From an uncultured Acidobacteriota bacterium (GTDB lineage: Bacteria > Acidobacteriota > Thermoanaerobaculia > UBA5066 > DATFVB01), in the NCBI GenBank assembly GCA_963714035.1, contig OY970224.1, positions 1,375,688-1,439,687 of the forward strand: DNA of 64,000 bases. Direction: 5' to 3'. Positions 28,903 to 38,427 of this stretch are shown one piece after another (position 1 is the first letter of the stretch; the number at the start of each line of letters is the position of its first letter). The position numbers were made by a program, and so were the translations under genes. Below the pieces are notes generated by a model that saw only the letters and a list, made by a program, of their open reading frames with translations, was not told the DNA's origin and did no database searches.

Positions 28903-29469
28903 TCAGACCTCTTGTTTCAGACTCTTCAGCACTTCCAGCCGCGGATCGACCGGGCGGGTTTCACAGGAGCATTCGGAGACGTTCCGGTCCCGCCCGCACT
29001 GCGGGCAGAGCCCCCGGCAGTCGTCGCGGCAGAGCGGCTTCATCGGAAGGGCCATCAGGACCTGCTCGCGCGCGATCTCGTCGAAAGGCAGCACCGGCTC
29101 GTCGAAGAACACGACGTCGATCTCGGCCGGGTCCACCTCCCGCTCTTCGCCTTCCCCGTCGGCGGACCGCCCCTTCTCGGGTTTTCCGCCCGGCGCCGCG
29201 GGGCGCTTGCGGAGGCGGAGGTGCAGCGGCACCGCCTCGGAGAACGCGTACGGGGCGACGCAGCGGGAGCAGTCGAGCTCGCCCGACCAGGTCAGCTCCC
29301 CGTCGAGCAGGTAGTTCTCGTCCACGGACGTGATCGTGCCGCTCATCCGGATGGGAGAGAGGGAAACGAGGGGATCCCCGCCGAGCTCGGCGCCGGAAAG
29401 CGTCGTCTCGCCGGAGAACTCCAGGGGCTTTTCTCGCGCCCCTTCCAGGTGAATACGCGGCTCGGCCAT
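28903..29469 (-). CDS. yceD: YceD/DUF177 family protein (large ribosomal RNA subunit accumulation protein)
   Basis: Position immediately upstream of rpmF-plsX; C-terminal CxxC...CPQCG...C pattern typical of DUF177. Confidence 0.8.
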   Translation of the reverse strand: MAEPRIHLEGAREKPLEFSGETTLSGAELGGDPLVSLSPIRMSGTITSVDENYLLDGELTWSGELDCSRCVAPYAFSEAVPLHLRLRKRPAAPGGKPEKGRSADGEGEEREVDPAEIDVVFFDEPVLPFDEIAREQVLMALPMKPLCRDDCRGLCPQCGRDRNVSECSCETRPVDPRLEVLKSLKQEV

Positions 29470-29570
29470 CGGAACTCGTAAAGATAGGAAAATACGGGGA
29501 TTCTGTCAAATCGGCGGCGCGAACGGACCGGCGCGCCGAATCCCGGCGGCTCCGGAACGTCGCCCGTACA

Positions 29571-30713
29571 ATGCACGACGTGAAAGTGGGAATCGACGGG
29601 CGCGCCCTGCTCTCGGAGCACACGGGGATCGCCGTCTATACCGCCTCGATCGCCCGCGGGCTCGCCGCGCTGCCGAACGTGGACGTCAGGGTCTTCGCGC
29701 CCCGCCGGATCGACTCCGCCGCCGGCCTGCCCGCGTCGATTCTGAGCCGTTCCCACGGTCATCGCTTCGGAACCCTCTGGGTGCAGAGCCGTCTCCCGCG
29801 GGATCTCGCGGCCGAGCGATGCGACGTTCTCCTCTCGGCGGTGACCATCGCGCCGGCGCGGCTCGATCTCCCGTACGTCCCGGTCGTCCACGATCTCACT
29901 CCTCTCACCCACCCGGAGTGGCACCGCCGAAAGACCGTCGCCGCGTTCCTGCCCTGGATCGAACGAACGCTCGAACGGTCGGCGCGGGTGATCGCGGTCT
30001 CCCGCGCGACGGCCGACGACCTGGCGCGGCGGTTTCCCGACGTGGCCTCCCGCACCGTCGTGATCGAGCACGGCGTTGACCCGCGCTTCTCCCCCGAGCC
30101 GGCGGAGCCCGGCGAAGCGGAGGCGGTACGCGCCCGCTTCACGCGGGGGCGCCGTTACATCCTCCATCTGGGGACCCTCGAGCCCCGCAAGAACGCCGCG
30201 ACGCTCGTCGCCGCCTGCGAGCGGCTCTGGAGCGAGGACGCGCGACGCCCCGATCTTCTGCTCGCGGGAAGCGCCGGATGGAAGTCGGGCGCCCTCCTCT
30301 CGCGAATCGCGCGCTCTCCTTTCTCCGGACGGATCCACCGGGCGGGCTACGTCGACGCCGATTCGGTCCCGGCGATCCTCCGGTCGGCCGACGTCTTCTG
30401 CTATCCGTCGCTCGAAGAGGGATTCGGGCTCCCCGTGCTCGAGGCGATGGCGTCGGGAACGGCGGCCGTGATCTCCGATGCCGCCGCGCTCCGGGAAGTC
30501 GCGCAGGACGCGGCGCTCGCCGTCGCCCCGCAGGACGCCGCCGGGCTCGCCGAAACTCTCGCGCGCCTGCTCGACGACGGCGACCTGCGCCAGGTGCACG
30601 TCGCGCGCGGCCTGCGGCGAGCGGCGGCGTTCGGCTGGCCCGCCGCGGCGGAACGCACCGAGCGGACTCTTCGGGAGGCGGCCGAGAGCGGGCACGGCCG
30701 CTCCGGGCGATGA
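29571..30713 (+). CDS. Glycosyltransferase family 1 (GT4-like)
   Basis: C-terminal GT-B donor-binding signature (CYPSLEEGFGLPVLEAMASGTAAVISD). Confidence 0.8.
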   Translation: MHDVKVGIDGRALLSEHTGIAVYTASIARGLAALPNVDVRVFAPRRIDSAAGLPASILSRSHGHRFGTLWVQSRLPRDLAAERCDVLLSAVTIAPARLDLPYVPVVHDLTPLTHPEWHRRKTVAAFLPWIERTLERSARVIAVSRATADDLARRFPDVASRTVVIEHGVDPRFSPEPAEPGEAEAVRARFTRGRRYILHLGTLEPRKNAATLVAACERLWSEDARRPDLLLAGSAGWKSGALLSRIARSPFSGRIHRAGYVDADSVPAILRSADVFCYPSLEEGFGLPVLEAMASGTAAVISDAAALREVAQDAALAVAPQDAAGLAETLARLLDDGDLRQVHVARGLRRAAAFGWPAAAERTERTLREAAESGHGRSGR

Positions 30714-31819
30714 GGGGGAGAGGCGGGCGCCCGCCCGTGATCGGCATCGACGCGCGCAAGGCTCGCGACTTCGGGATCGGCACGTACACGCGCGAGCTGA
30801 TCGGCGCGCTCGCGGCCCTCCCCGAGGCCGAGACCGCCCGATTCCTCCTCTTCGTCCGCCCGGGAGACGAGCCGCTCTTCGCGACCCTCCCGTCGAATTT
30901 CTCCTTCGCGGCGGAGCCCGCGGCGGGCTACTCGGCCGGCGAGCTCTTCGGGTTCGGCGCGCGAATCCGGCGGCGGCGGCCGGATCTCTTCCACGCCCTC
31001 CACTACGTGCTGCCGCTCGCCCCCGGCACTCCCTGTGTCGTCACCGTCCACGACACGATCCATCTCGACTTTCCGGCGGACGGCGCCTCGGTTCTGCGCT
31101 ATCCGTACGCGCGCGTGATGCTCCGCCGGGCGCTCCGCACGGCCGCCGCCGTGGTCTCCGCGACGGATGCGGTCCGGGAGGAGCTGCGCTCCCTGTGCCC
31201 GGCGGCCGCGGCAAAGCTCGAGACGATTCCGCACGGCGTCCCCGGGGGATTCGGGACGGGAGTTCGCGAAGACGTGGTCCGGCGCGTGCGAGATCGATAC
31301 GGGCTTCCCGCGCGCTACGCGCTGTATCTCGGAGGGGCGAAGCCCCACAAGAACCTGCCCCGCGTCCTCGAAGCGTTCCGCGCTTCGAGGGCCCCGGAGC
31401 TGGAGCTCGTCCTCGCCGGACCGATGCCGGGCTCGGAGCCGGCGGCCGCCGGGCGCGTCCGGCGGATCGGCGTCGTCGAGGAAACCGAGCTTCCGGCTCT
31501 CTACGGAGCCGCGGAGCTCCTGCTCTACCCGACGCTCGCGGAGGGATTCTGCTTTCCCCTGCTCGAGGCGATGGCCTCGGGCGTGCCGGCGATCGTCTCC
31601 GACATCCCCGTCTGCCGCGAGGTCGCGGCCGGCGCCGCCCGGCTCGTCGATCCCCGGGATCCGGCGTCGATCGCGCGCGCGATCGAGGAGGTCGCCGGGA
31701 GCCCGGCGATCCGCGCGGAGCTCGGCGAGAAAGGGCGAATCCGCGCCCGCGCGTTCTCGTGGCAGCGGGCCGCCGAATCGACGTGGAACGTCTATCGCCG
31801 CGTCCTGGAGGACCGGTGA
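30710..31819 (+). CDS. Glycosyltransferase family 1 (GT4-like)
   Basis: LYPTLAEGFCFPLLEAMASGVPAIVSD. ATGA overlap with the previous GT. Confidence 0.8.
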   Translation: MRGRGGRPPVIGIDARKARDFGIGTYTRELIGALAALPEAETARFLLFVRPGDEPLFATLPSNFSFAAEPAAGYSAGELFGFGARIRRRRPDLFHALHYVLPLAPGTPCVVTVHDTIHLDFPADGASVLRYPYARVMLRRALRTAAAVVSATDAVREELRSLCPAAAAKLETIPHGVPGGFGTGVREDVVRRVRDRYGLPARYALYLGGAKPHKNLPRVLEAFRASRAPELELVLAGPMPGSEPAAAGRVRRIGVVEETELPALYGAAELLLYPTLAEGFCFPLLEAMASGVPAIVSDIPVCREVAAGAARLVDPRDPASIARAIEEVAGSPAIRAELGEKGRIRARAFSWQRAAESTWNVYRRVLEDR

Positions 31820-32090
31820 GGTCGAGCGCCGCCGACGCGAGCCGCGAGCGGCCAGCAGCGCGGGCCCGGTCGCGGAAAATGTGGGCGCCAAGGGCGCATT
31901 TTCATTTGCGCCTCGCGCCCTCTCCCGAGCGAAGCAGGGGACCTGCGACCCGGAGCAGATCCCTCGTCGCTTCCGCCTTCGCTCTTCGAGCGACGGCGGA
32001 CAAGTCGCTCCTCGGGATGACATCCTCCGGAGGTCCGCGACCGGAGAGAGCGCAGCGGTCGAGCGCCTCCGGCGCGAGCCGCGAGCACCG

Positions 32091-33173
32091 ATGAGCCGCA
32101 CCGCCGTCGTTCACGACTGGCTGACGGGAATGCGCGGGGGCGAATCCGTCCTCGAGGAGATCCTCGATCTCGTGCCGGACCCGACCGTCTTCACGCTGTT
32201 CCATTTTCCGGGGACCGTCTCGCCGAAGATCGAAGGTTTCCCGATCAGGACTTCGTTCCTGCAGCGGCTCGCGACGCCTCGCGGCTACCGGAACCTGCTC
32301 CCCTTCTTCCCCGCGGCGGTCGAGTCCTTCGACCTCTCGGGATTCGACCTCGTCGTCTCGTCCTCGCACTGCGTGGCGAAAGGGGCGATCGCCCGCGGCG
32401 GCGCCCGGCACCTCTGCTACTGCCACACCCCGGTGCGCTACGCCTACGGGCAGTTCGATGCGTACTTTCCGCGCGTCTCGACGCGCGCCTACGGGCTGAA
32501 GAAGCTCCTCGTCGGACGTCTGCGGCGCTGGGATCGGCGCACCGCCTCCCGTCCCGATCGCGTGCTCGCGAACTCGAGCGCGGTCGCGGCGCGCGTGCGC
32601 GAGGCGTGGAACCGCGAGGCGGCGGTCGCCTTTCCCCCCGTGGACGTCGAGTTCTTCACTCCGGACGGCGGCCCTTCCGGCGACTTCGCCCTCTGCGTCG
32701 GCGCGCTCGTCCCCTACAAGAAGTTCGACGTCGCGATCGCGTGGTCGCGCCGAACGGGCCGGCCGCTCCGGATCGTCGGGAGCGGGCCGGACGAGAAACG
32801 CCTCCGCGCAACGGCGCCGGCCTCCGTTTCCTTCGAGAGCGGACTTTCGCGGGAAACCCTGAGGGAGAGATATCGGCGATGCGCGTTCTTCCTCCAGCCG
32901 GGCGAAGAAGACTTCGGGATCGCGTCGGTCGAGGCCCAGGCCTGCGGACGGCCGGTCGTCGCGCTCGGCCGAGGCGGAGCGCTCGACGTCCTGGCCGCCT
33001 CCGGCCTCGGCGCGACGTTCGCGGAGCCGGAGCCGGGACACGTCGGGCAGGCGATTGACTCCCTTGCCGGCGTGGGCTTTAATGCCCGAGACGCGGCCGC
33101 GAACGCGCGGCGGTTCTCCCGGGAACGGTTTCGGGCGGATTTTCACCGGGAAGTGCAGAACCTGACGAAATGA
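32091..33173 (+). CDS. Glycosyltransferase family 1 (GT4-like)
   Basis: FLQPGEEDFGIASVEAQACGRPVVA GT-B C-domain motif. Confidence 0.8.
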   Translation: MSRTAVVHDWLTGMRGGESVLEEILDLVPDPTVFTLFHFPGTVSPKIEGFPIRTSFLQRLATPRGYRNLLPFFPAAVESFDLSGFDLVVSSSHCVAKGAIARGGARHLCYCHTPVRYAYGQFDAYFPRVSTRAYGLKKLLVGRLRRWDRRTASRPDRVLANSSAVAARVREAWNREAAVAFPPVDVEFFTPDGGPSGDFALCVGALVPYKKFDVAIAWSRRTGRPLRIVGSGPDEKRLRATAPASVSFESGLSRETLRERYRRCAFFLQPGEEDFGIASVEAQACGRPVVALGRGGALDVLAASGLGATFAEPEPGHVGQAIDSLAGVGFNARDAAANARRFSRERFRADFHREVQNLTK

Positions 33174-34570
33174 TCAATCAGTACGTGCGGCGACAGGCCT
33201 CGGTCCTGATCGCGGCGGACGTCGCCGCGACGCTTCTCGCGCTCGCCGCGGCGTGGTTCATCCGGTTCCGGTTCGGCGTCATCCCCGTCACGAAGGGCGT
33301 TCCCGGAGCGGCGCCGTACTGGAGGCTCGCTCCGATCCTCGCGCTCCTCTGGCCGGTCGTGTATTCGTTCCACGGCCTGTATCGGCCCCGCCGCGGCCGC
33401 TCGCGCTCGGAGGAAGCGTTCGTCATCTTCACGGCGACGGCGCTCGCCGTCGTCCTGCTCGCCGGAATCGCGACGTTCTACCGCTCCTTCTCCTATTCGC
33501 GGCTCGTTCTCGTCATCTTCTTCGGCTGCGACGTGCCTCTCGTCGTCGCCGCCCGTCTGCTCGTGCGGTCGCGATGGGAGGCGAAATGGAGGAGCGGGAT
33601 CGGCGTGAAGCGCGCGGTGGTCGTCGGCGCGGGCCGCCTCGGCCGATCGGTCGTCGACCGGCTCGTGGACCACCCGGAGGCGGGAATGCTCGCTTGCGCA
33701 ATGCTCGACGACGATCCGGCGACGCACGGCGGCGCCTATCGCGGGATTCCGATCGCCGGCCCGACGACCGACTCCGCATCGTGGCTCGCCAGCGGCCGGG
33801 CGGAGACGGTGTTCCTCGCCCTTCCGCTCGAAGCGCATCGCCGGACGCTCGAGATCGTCGCGGCCGCGGCGCGCGCGGGCGGAGAAGTCCGCGTCGTTCC
33901 CGATCTCCTGCAGCACATCACGTTCCGGGCGGGGCTCGAAGACTGGGACGGCCTGCCCGTCGTGCACCTGACCGAAACCCCCGTCTCCGGATGGTCGGGC
34001 CTCGTCAAGCGCGCCCTCGATCTCGCCCTCTCGTTTGCGGGCCTGCTCGCGCTGCTTCCTTTCCTGCCCCTGATCGCGCTCGTCATCAAGCTGACGGACG
34101 GCGGCCCGGTCTTCTATTCCCAGGAGCGGATGGGCCTCGACGGCCGGCCATTCCGGATGTGGAAGTTCCGGACGATGCGCGTGGACGCCGAGAACGAGAC
34201 CGGCGCCGTGTGGGCAAAGCCGGAAGACCCCCGGCGGACGCCGATCGGCCGGTTTCTGCGGAGCTCGTCGTTCGACGAGCTCCCGCAGCTCTACAACGTC
34301 CTGCGCGGCGAGATGTCGCTCGTCGGCCCGCGGCCCGAGCGTCCGGAGTTCGTCGCCGAGTTCAAGGAGCGATTCCCGCAGTACATGCTGCGCCACCGGG
34401 TCCGTTCCGGCATGACGGGATGGGCGCAGGTGCACGGATGGCGGGGAAACACGAGCCTCGCCAAGAGGATCGAATACGACCTGTTCTACATCGAGAACTG
34501 GACGCTCGCCTTGGACGTGCGAATCCTGTGGATGACGCTCGTCAAAGACTTGAGGGCTAATGCCCACTGA
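33170..34570 (+). CDS. Undecaprenyl-phosphate sugar phosphotransferase (bacterial sugar transferase family; EPS priming enzyme)
   Basis: N-terminal TM helices; C-terminal conserved block KRALDLALS..., KLTDGGPVFYSQERMG..., KFRTMR, DELPQLYNVLRGEMSLVGPRPE. ATGA overlap with the upstream GT. Confidence 0.85.
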   Translation: MINQYVRRQASVLIAADVAATLLALAAAWFIRFRFGVIPVTKGVPGAAPYWRLAPILALLWPVVYSFHGLYRPRRGRSRSEEAFVIFTATALAVVLLAGIATFYRSFSYSRLVLVIFFGCDVPLVVAARLLVRSRWEAKWRSGIGVKRAVVVGAGRLGRSVVDRLVDHPEAGMLACAMLDDDPATHGGAYRGIPIAGPTTDSASWLASGRAETVFLALPLEAHRRTLEIVAAAARAGGEVRVVPDLLQHITFRAGLEDWDGLPVVHLTETPVSGWSGLVKRALDLALSFAGLLALLPFLPLIALVIKLTDGGPVFYSQERMGLDGRPFRMWKFRTMRVDAENETGAVWAKPEDPRRTPIGRFLRSSSFDELPQLYNVLRGEMSLVGPRPERPEFVAEFKERFPQYMLRHRVRSGMTGWAQVHGWRGNTSLAKRIEYDLFYIENWTLALDVRILWMTLVKDLRANAH

Positions 34571-34968
34571 TCGATCGGGGGCGCGGCGATGCATCGAGCC
34601 GGACGGGCGCGTGCCGCCCACGAGACCCTGCGACATACGCCCCGGTATGCCTCGGGATCTCGCGGCCGACCCGCATCCCGTCGGGCTCGCGCCTCGCCGC
34701 GCCTTCGGCAGCTTGCAGGCCGGTACGCGTTAGCAGCCTGACCGGGAACCGGGCGAACTCGCCGGACCTTCTCTCGATGGTGACGAAGCCGTCGCCGATA
34801 CAACGGGGAAGGCCAGCGAAGGCCAAATTTTCCGTCTCATCGCGATGCTCCCGGATTCAGCAGCCGGGTGAGGTCGCGCAAATGAATCGGCCGCCAATCG
34901 CGGGTAGAAGCCAGTCTCGGATTCGAAGTGCCGACAGACCCGTACCACGGCGCGTATCGCCGTCCCCG

Positions 34969-37086
34969 CTAAAAAAACGGTACGCCGTCCATGGGGGGGG
35001 CCGGAACTCCCATCAGCCTGAGCACCGACGGGTCCACGTCCATGATCGACGGAATTCGTGTATTGTTGAGCTTCACCGTCGAGAAGAAGATCCCGCGCAC
35101 GAGCTGCGGGTCGACCGAGCAGTGGTCGCCGCTCCAGACGTCCGTGTTGTCCTCGAAGAGGTTCTCGGTCGGCACGCCGAGCGACGACTGCCACGAAACG
35201 CGGAATCCCGCCGTGTTCAGCACGAAGAGATCGGGGATCAGGTTCGGGTCGAACTTCTTGTACGCCTCTTCCCGCCGGAGCACGCGGGAGACGGCCTTCT
35301 CCCCGTTCTTCGCGTCGGTCAGCGTGAGGAGGCGGGCGATCAGCTCCGAGCGGACCTTCTCGTACTCCGCCCCCGGCGCGACGATCCCTTCCTTCTCGCG
35401 TCCCGCGACGTTGATGTAGATCTCCCCGAGCCCCATCGCGTAGGCCTTCGATTTCGACCAGTCGACGCTGTCCCAGAACGTGCCGTGCGAGAAGAGCTCG
35501 TCGAGGTTCTTGCGCTGCGCCTCCCCCTTCAGGGCGAGATAGCCGTTCTGCACGAGCCACGTGTCGTAGTTGACGGAGCGCCGCCACGTCGCGAACCCGT
35601 GGTCGGAGAGGACGATCAGGACGTCGGAGGGCGAGAGCTTCGCGCGCGCCTGTCCGACGATCGCGTCCATCGTGTCGTAGGCCTTCTCGACCGCGTCGCC
35701 GTAGATCTTCGCGAGCGCCGCGTTGTAGGCGGGGTGCAGCGGGTCGCGGAATCTCCAGAAGACGTGGCTCACCCGGTCCGGGAACTCGAAGTACTGGACC
35801 GCGCAGTCGACCGACCTGTCGGCGAGCAGCGTGTCGAGGATCTTCCGTTCCGCCGTGACCGTGGCGTCCACGTCCTGCAGGAAAGTCGGCTCGTCGATCG
35901 TTCCCGACTGGATCGACCAGGTGTCGATCGCCCACCCCATCGTCTTGAACAGCCCGACCTGCCCGGCGAGGTCCTTCGCGAACGACGCCGGCGTCGAAAG
36001 CTCGAATCCGGGCGGCAGGCGGCGCGGATCGAAGTTCACCGGCGAGAGATAGAGCCCGATCTCCGGCGCCACCGAAACGAGCTTGAACTTCGCCATGCCG
36101 TGGACGGCGACGAGCGGATTGGCGGGAAAAGCGAGAGCCACCCAGTCGCTCCACTCGCCGACCGCCAGATGGGTCCGCGAACCGGAGGTCTCGATCGTCA
36201 GCCCCTTCTTGTCCCCGTCGACGACGAGCGTCATCTTCGCGTCGAGCCACCCTTCGGGGTTGCCGAAGTACTTCGCCGGCGGCCCGGTGATCTTCGTCGC
36301 GACCGAGCCCTCGTTGGAATCGAGCCGCACGAGCTCGATCGAGAAATCGTTGCCGCCTTTCGGCGCGAAGAACGGGTCGGACGTGTAGAAAGACGGCCGC
36401 CCGATCCGCCCCGAGAGATCCGGGACGCCGAGGCCGGAGACGAGCTCCCCGTCGAACTGGTCGGGCGGGAACGTCACAGGCATGCGGATGACGACGGCCT
36501 TCTTCCCGGCCGCGCCGAGCGCCTGCCAGAGCGTCGTGCCCTGGCGGTTGTTGATGGCCGTCGGCTGCTTCTCCGGAAGGTCGCGGCGCACGATCGCGAA
36601 GACGAAACCCGCCGCGGCGAGCCCGGCCGTCAGGAAGAGCGCGCGCGCCCAGCGCCGCGCGAAGAGCTGGGGAAGGAGCCCGACGAGCGCCAGCACCGCG
36701 GCGCCGAACAGGAACGGATTCGCCGCCCCGAACAGGAACTTCTTTTCCCCCTCTTCGGCGATCGCGAACGTCGGCGTCAGCGTCTTCGGGTCGCGCTTCA
36801 GGAAATCGAAGATCCGGGTGCTGCCCGGATCGAGCCCGGTGGAGAAGGAAGCCCACGACACGGGGGTCTGGGCGGGCACCGGCGGAAGCAGCGGGGTGAA
36901 TCCGCCCTGCTTCTCGACGGCCGCGAGGTTCGGCAGGCGGCCGGCGGCGATCTGTCGCTCGACGATTCCGGCGTCCACGCCGTCGAAGCCGAGGATGACC
37001 ACGCGGCGCTTCGCCGCGTCGCCGCGCGCCGCGGCGACCGCGAGCGCGCACACGAGTCCCAGAGCGCCGATCCGGAGTCGTTTCAC
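34969..37086 (-). CDS. Alkaline-phosphatase superfamily protein (type I phosphodiesterase/nucleotide pyrophosphatase-like), ~705 aa
   Basis: GTG start 37086 (VKRLRIGALGLVCALAVAAARG signal/anchor), then VVILGFDGVD...TPVSWASFSTG, an internal hydrophobic segment, and IVLSDHGF near the C-terminal third. Upstream extension of the listed 1100-aa ORF is antisense to the methyltransferase gene. Confidence 0.7.
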   Translation of the reverse strand: MKRLRIGALGLVCALAVAAARGDAAKRRVVILGFDGVDAGIVERQIAAGRLPNLAAVEKQGGFTPLLPPVPAQTPVSWASFSTGLDPGSTRIFDFLKRDPKTLTPTFAIAEEGEKKFLFGAANPFLFGAAVLALVGLLPQLFARRWARALFLTAGLAAAGFVFAIVRRDLPEKQPTAINNRQGTTLWQALGAAGKKAVVIRMPVTFPPDQFDGELVSGLGVPDLSGRIGRPSFYTSDPFFAPKGGNDFSIELVRLDSNEGSVATKITGPPAKYFGNPEGWLDAKMTLVVDGDKKGLTIETSGSRTHLAVGEWSDWVALAFPANPLVAVHGMAKFKLVSVAPEIGLYLSPVNFDPRRLPPGFELSTPASFAKDLAGQVGLFKTMGWAIDTWSIQSGTIDEPTFLQDVDATVTAERKILDTLLADRSVDCAVQYFEFPDRVSHVFWRFRDPLHPAYNAALAKIYGDAVEKAYDTMDAIVGQARAKLSPSDVLIVLSDHGFATWRRSVNYDTWLVQNGYLALKGEAQRKNLDELFSHGTFWDSVDWSKSKAYAMGLGEIYINVAGREKEGIVAPGAEYEKVRSELIARLLTLTDAKNGEKAVSRVLRREEAYKKFDPNLIPDLFVLNTAGFRVSWQSSLGVPTENLFEDNTDVWSGDHCSVDPQLVRGIFFSTVKLNNTRIPSIMDVDPSVLRLMGVPAPPMDGVPFF

Positions 37087-37245
37087 GACGCGGCGATCGT
37101 AGCAAATCCCTCCCGCCCGCGCCTTCCGGGTCCCCGCATCCGACCTTCGACTCGCCACTCGTCCCTCGCAACTCACAACCCGCAACCCACAACCCGCCCC
37201 TCGCAACTCGCAACTCTCAACTGGCGGAGCGATAGACTTTCGGCC

Positions 37246-38421
37246 ATGGACGCCTTCGACGATCTCTCCGACCGCATCCGGGCCTCGCTCGAGCCCGACG
37301 TTCGGCGGCACTTCTCGCCCGAATTCATCATCTGCAGCGAATACTTCGACCGCTTCACCACCGAGACGGCCGGCCGCGCGCTGGAGCGCCTCGACCTCCT
37401 CCGGGAGTTCCGCGAGCCGTCGACGCCGCGCGAGGCGATCGCGCGCCGCGGCTACGCCGAACGGGCGGAGACGGCCCTTCGCTGGATGCTCGAGAAGCTG
37501 ACCGACGAGGGGTTCTTCGCCGCTCGCGAGGGAGGGCGCTTCGTCGCGCGCGTTCCGCTTCCTCCGGCGGCGAGCGGCGCGAAAGAAAAAGCGCTCGCGG
37601 TCTCCCCCGGATGCGCGCCCGGCTTCACGGTCGTCGAAGTCCTCTCCGAGAGCATCGAGGACTTTTTCGCCGGGCGAAAGAGCGGCGAGGAGATCCTGTT
37701 CGCTCCGTCGCGGCTCTCCCTCTGGTTCGAGTACTTCAACAACGACAACCTCCTGTACGCCGTGAACAACCGGCTCGGCGCGGAAGCGGCGGCGCGGGCC
37801 CTCCCGAGCACGCGCCCCGCGACGATCCTCGAGCTCGGGGGCGGAGCCGGTTCCGCGGCGCAGGCTCTCCTCGAGCGTCTCGCCGCCGACGGGCGCCTGG
37901 CCCACGTCGGGAAGTATCTCTTCACGGAGCCGGTCCCCACCTTCCTGCGGCGGGGCGAAAGGTCGCTGAAGGCCCGTTTCCCCGAGGTTCCTCTCGAGTG
38001 CCGGAAGCTCGACATGAACGATTCCCTCGTCGAACAGGGGATCGCGCCCGGATCGGCCGACCTGGTTTACGCCGTCAACACGATCCACGTCGCGCGCGAC
38101 CTCTCCCGGACCCTCGCCGGCATCCGCGAGGTCGTCGTACCCGGGGGCGCCGTCGTGTTCTCCGAGTGCGTCCGGCCGCGGGCCGGGCAGCCGATCTACG
38201 TCGAGTTCATCTTCAACTTCCTCGAGAACTTCGTCAACGTCGTGACCGATCCCGGGATCCGCCCCACCCACGGGTTCCTGACGCCGGCGAACTGGCGGGC
38301 GGCGTTGAGCTCCACCGGATTCGAACGCGTCGAGATCCTCCCCGACGTCGACGCGCTCGCGCGCGACTACCCCTCGTTCTTCGTCGGGGCGATCACGGCG
38401 CGGCGTCCGATCGCCGGCTGA
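37246..38421 (+). CDS. Class I SAM-dependent methyltransferase
   Basis: ILELGGGAGSAAQALLERL (motif I), ...VYAVNTIHV..., VVPGGAVVFSE. ATG at 37246; the rest of the listed 1214-aa ORF upstream is non-coding/antisense. Confidence 0.7.
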   Translation: MDAFDDLSDRIRASLEPDVRRHFSPEFIICSEYFDRFTTETAGRALERLDLLREFREPSTPREAIARRGYAERAETALRWMLEKLTDEGFFAAREGGRFVARVPLPPAASGAKEKALAVSPGCAPGFTVVEVLSESIEDFFAGRKSGEEILFAPSRLSLWFEYFNNDNLLYAVNNRLGAEAAARALPSTRPATILELGGGAGSAAQALLERLAADGRLAHVGKYLFTEPVPTFLRRGERSLKARFPEVPLECRKLDMNDSLVEQGIAPGSADLVYAVNTIHVARDLSRTLAGIREVVVPGGAVVFSECVRPRAGQPIYVEFIFNFLENFVNVVTDPGIRPTHGFLTPANWRAALSSTGFERVEILPDVDALARDYPSFFVGAITARRPIAG

Positions 38422-38427
38422 CCCGCG

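Noticed and set aside
34965-34980. A7 run (ctaaaaaaacgg) as a possible intrinsic terminator
   Set aside because: It is coding: on the minus strand it reads ...CCG TTT TTT TAG (P F F stop), the C-terminus of the AP-superfamily protein.
34777-37245. N-terminal 820 codons of the 1214-aa plus-strand ORF
   Set aside because: Antisense to the AP-superfamily gene. The recognisable methyltransferase begins at ATG 37246.
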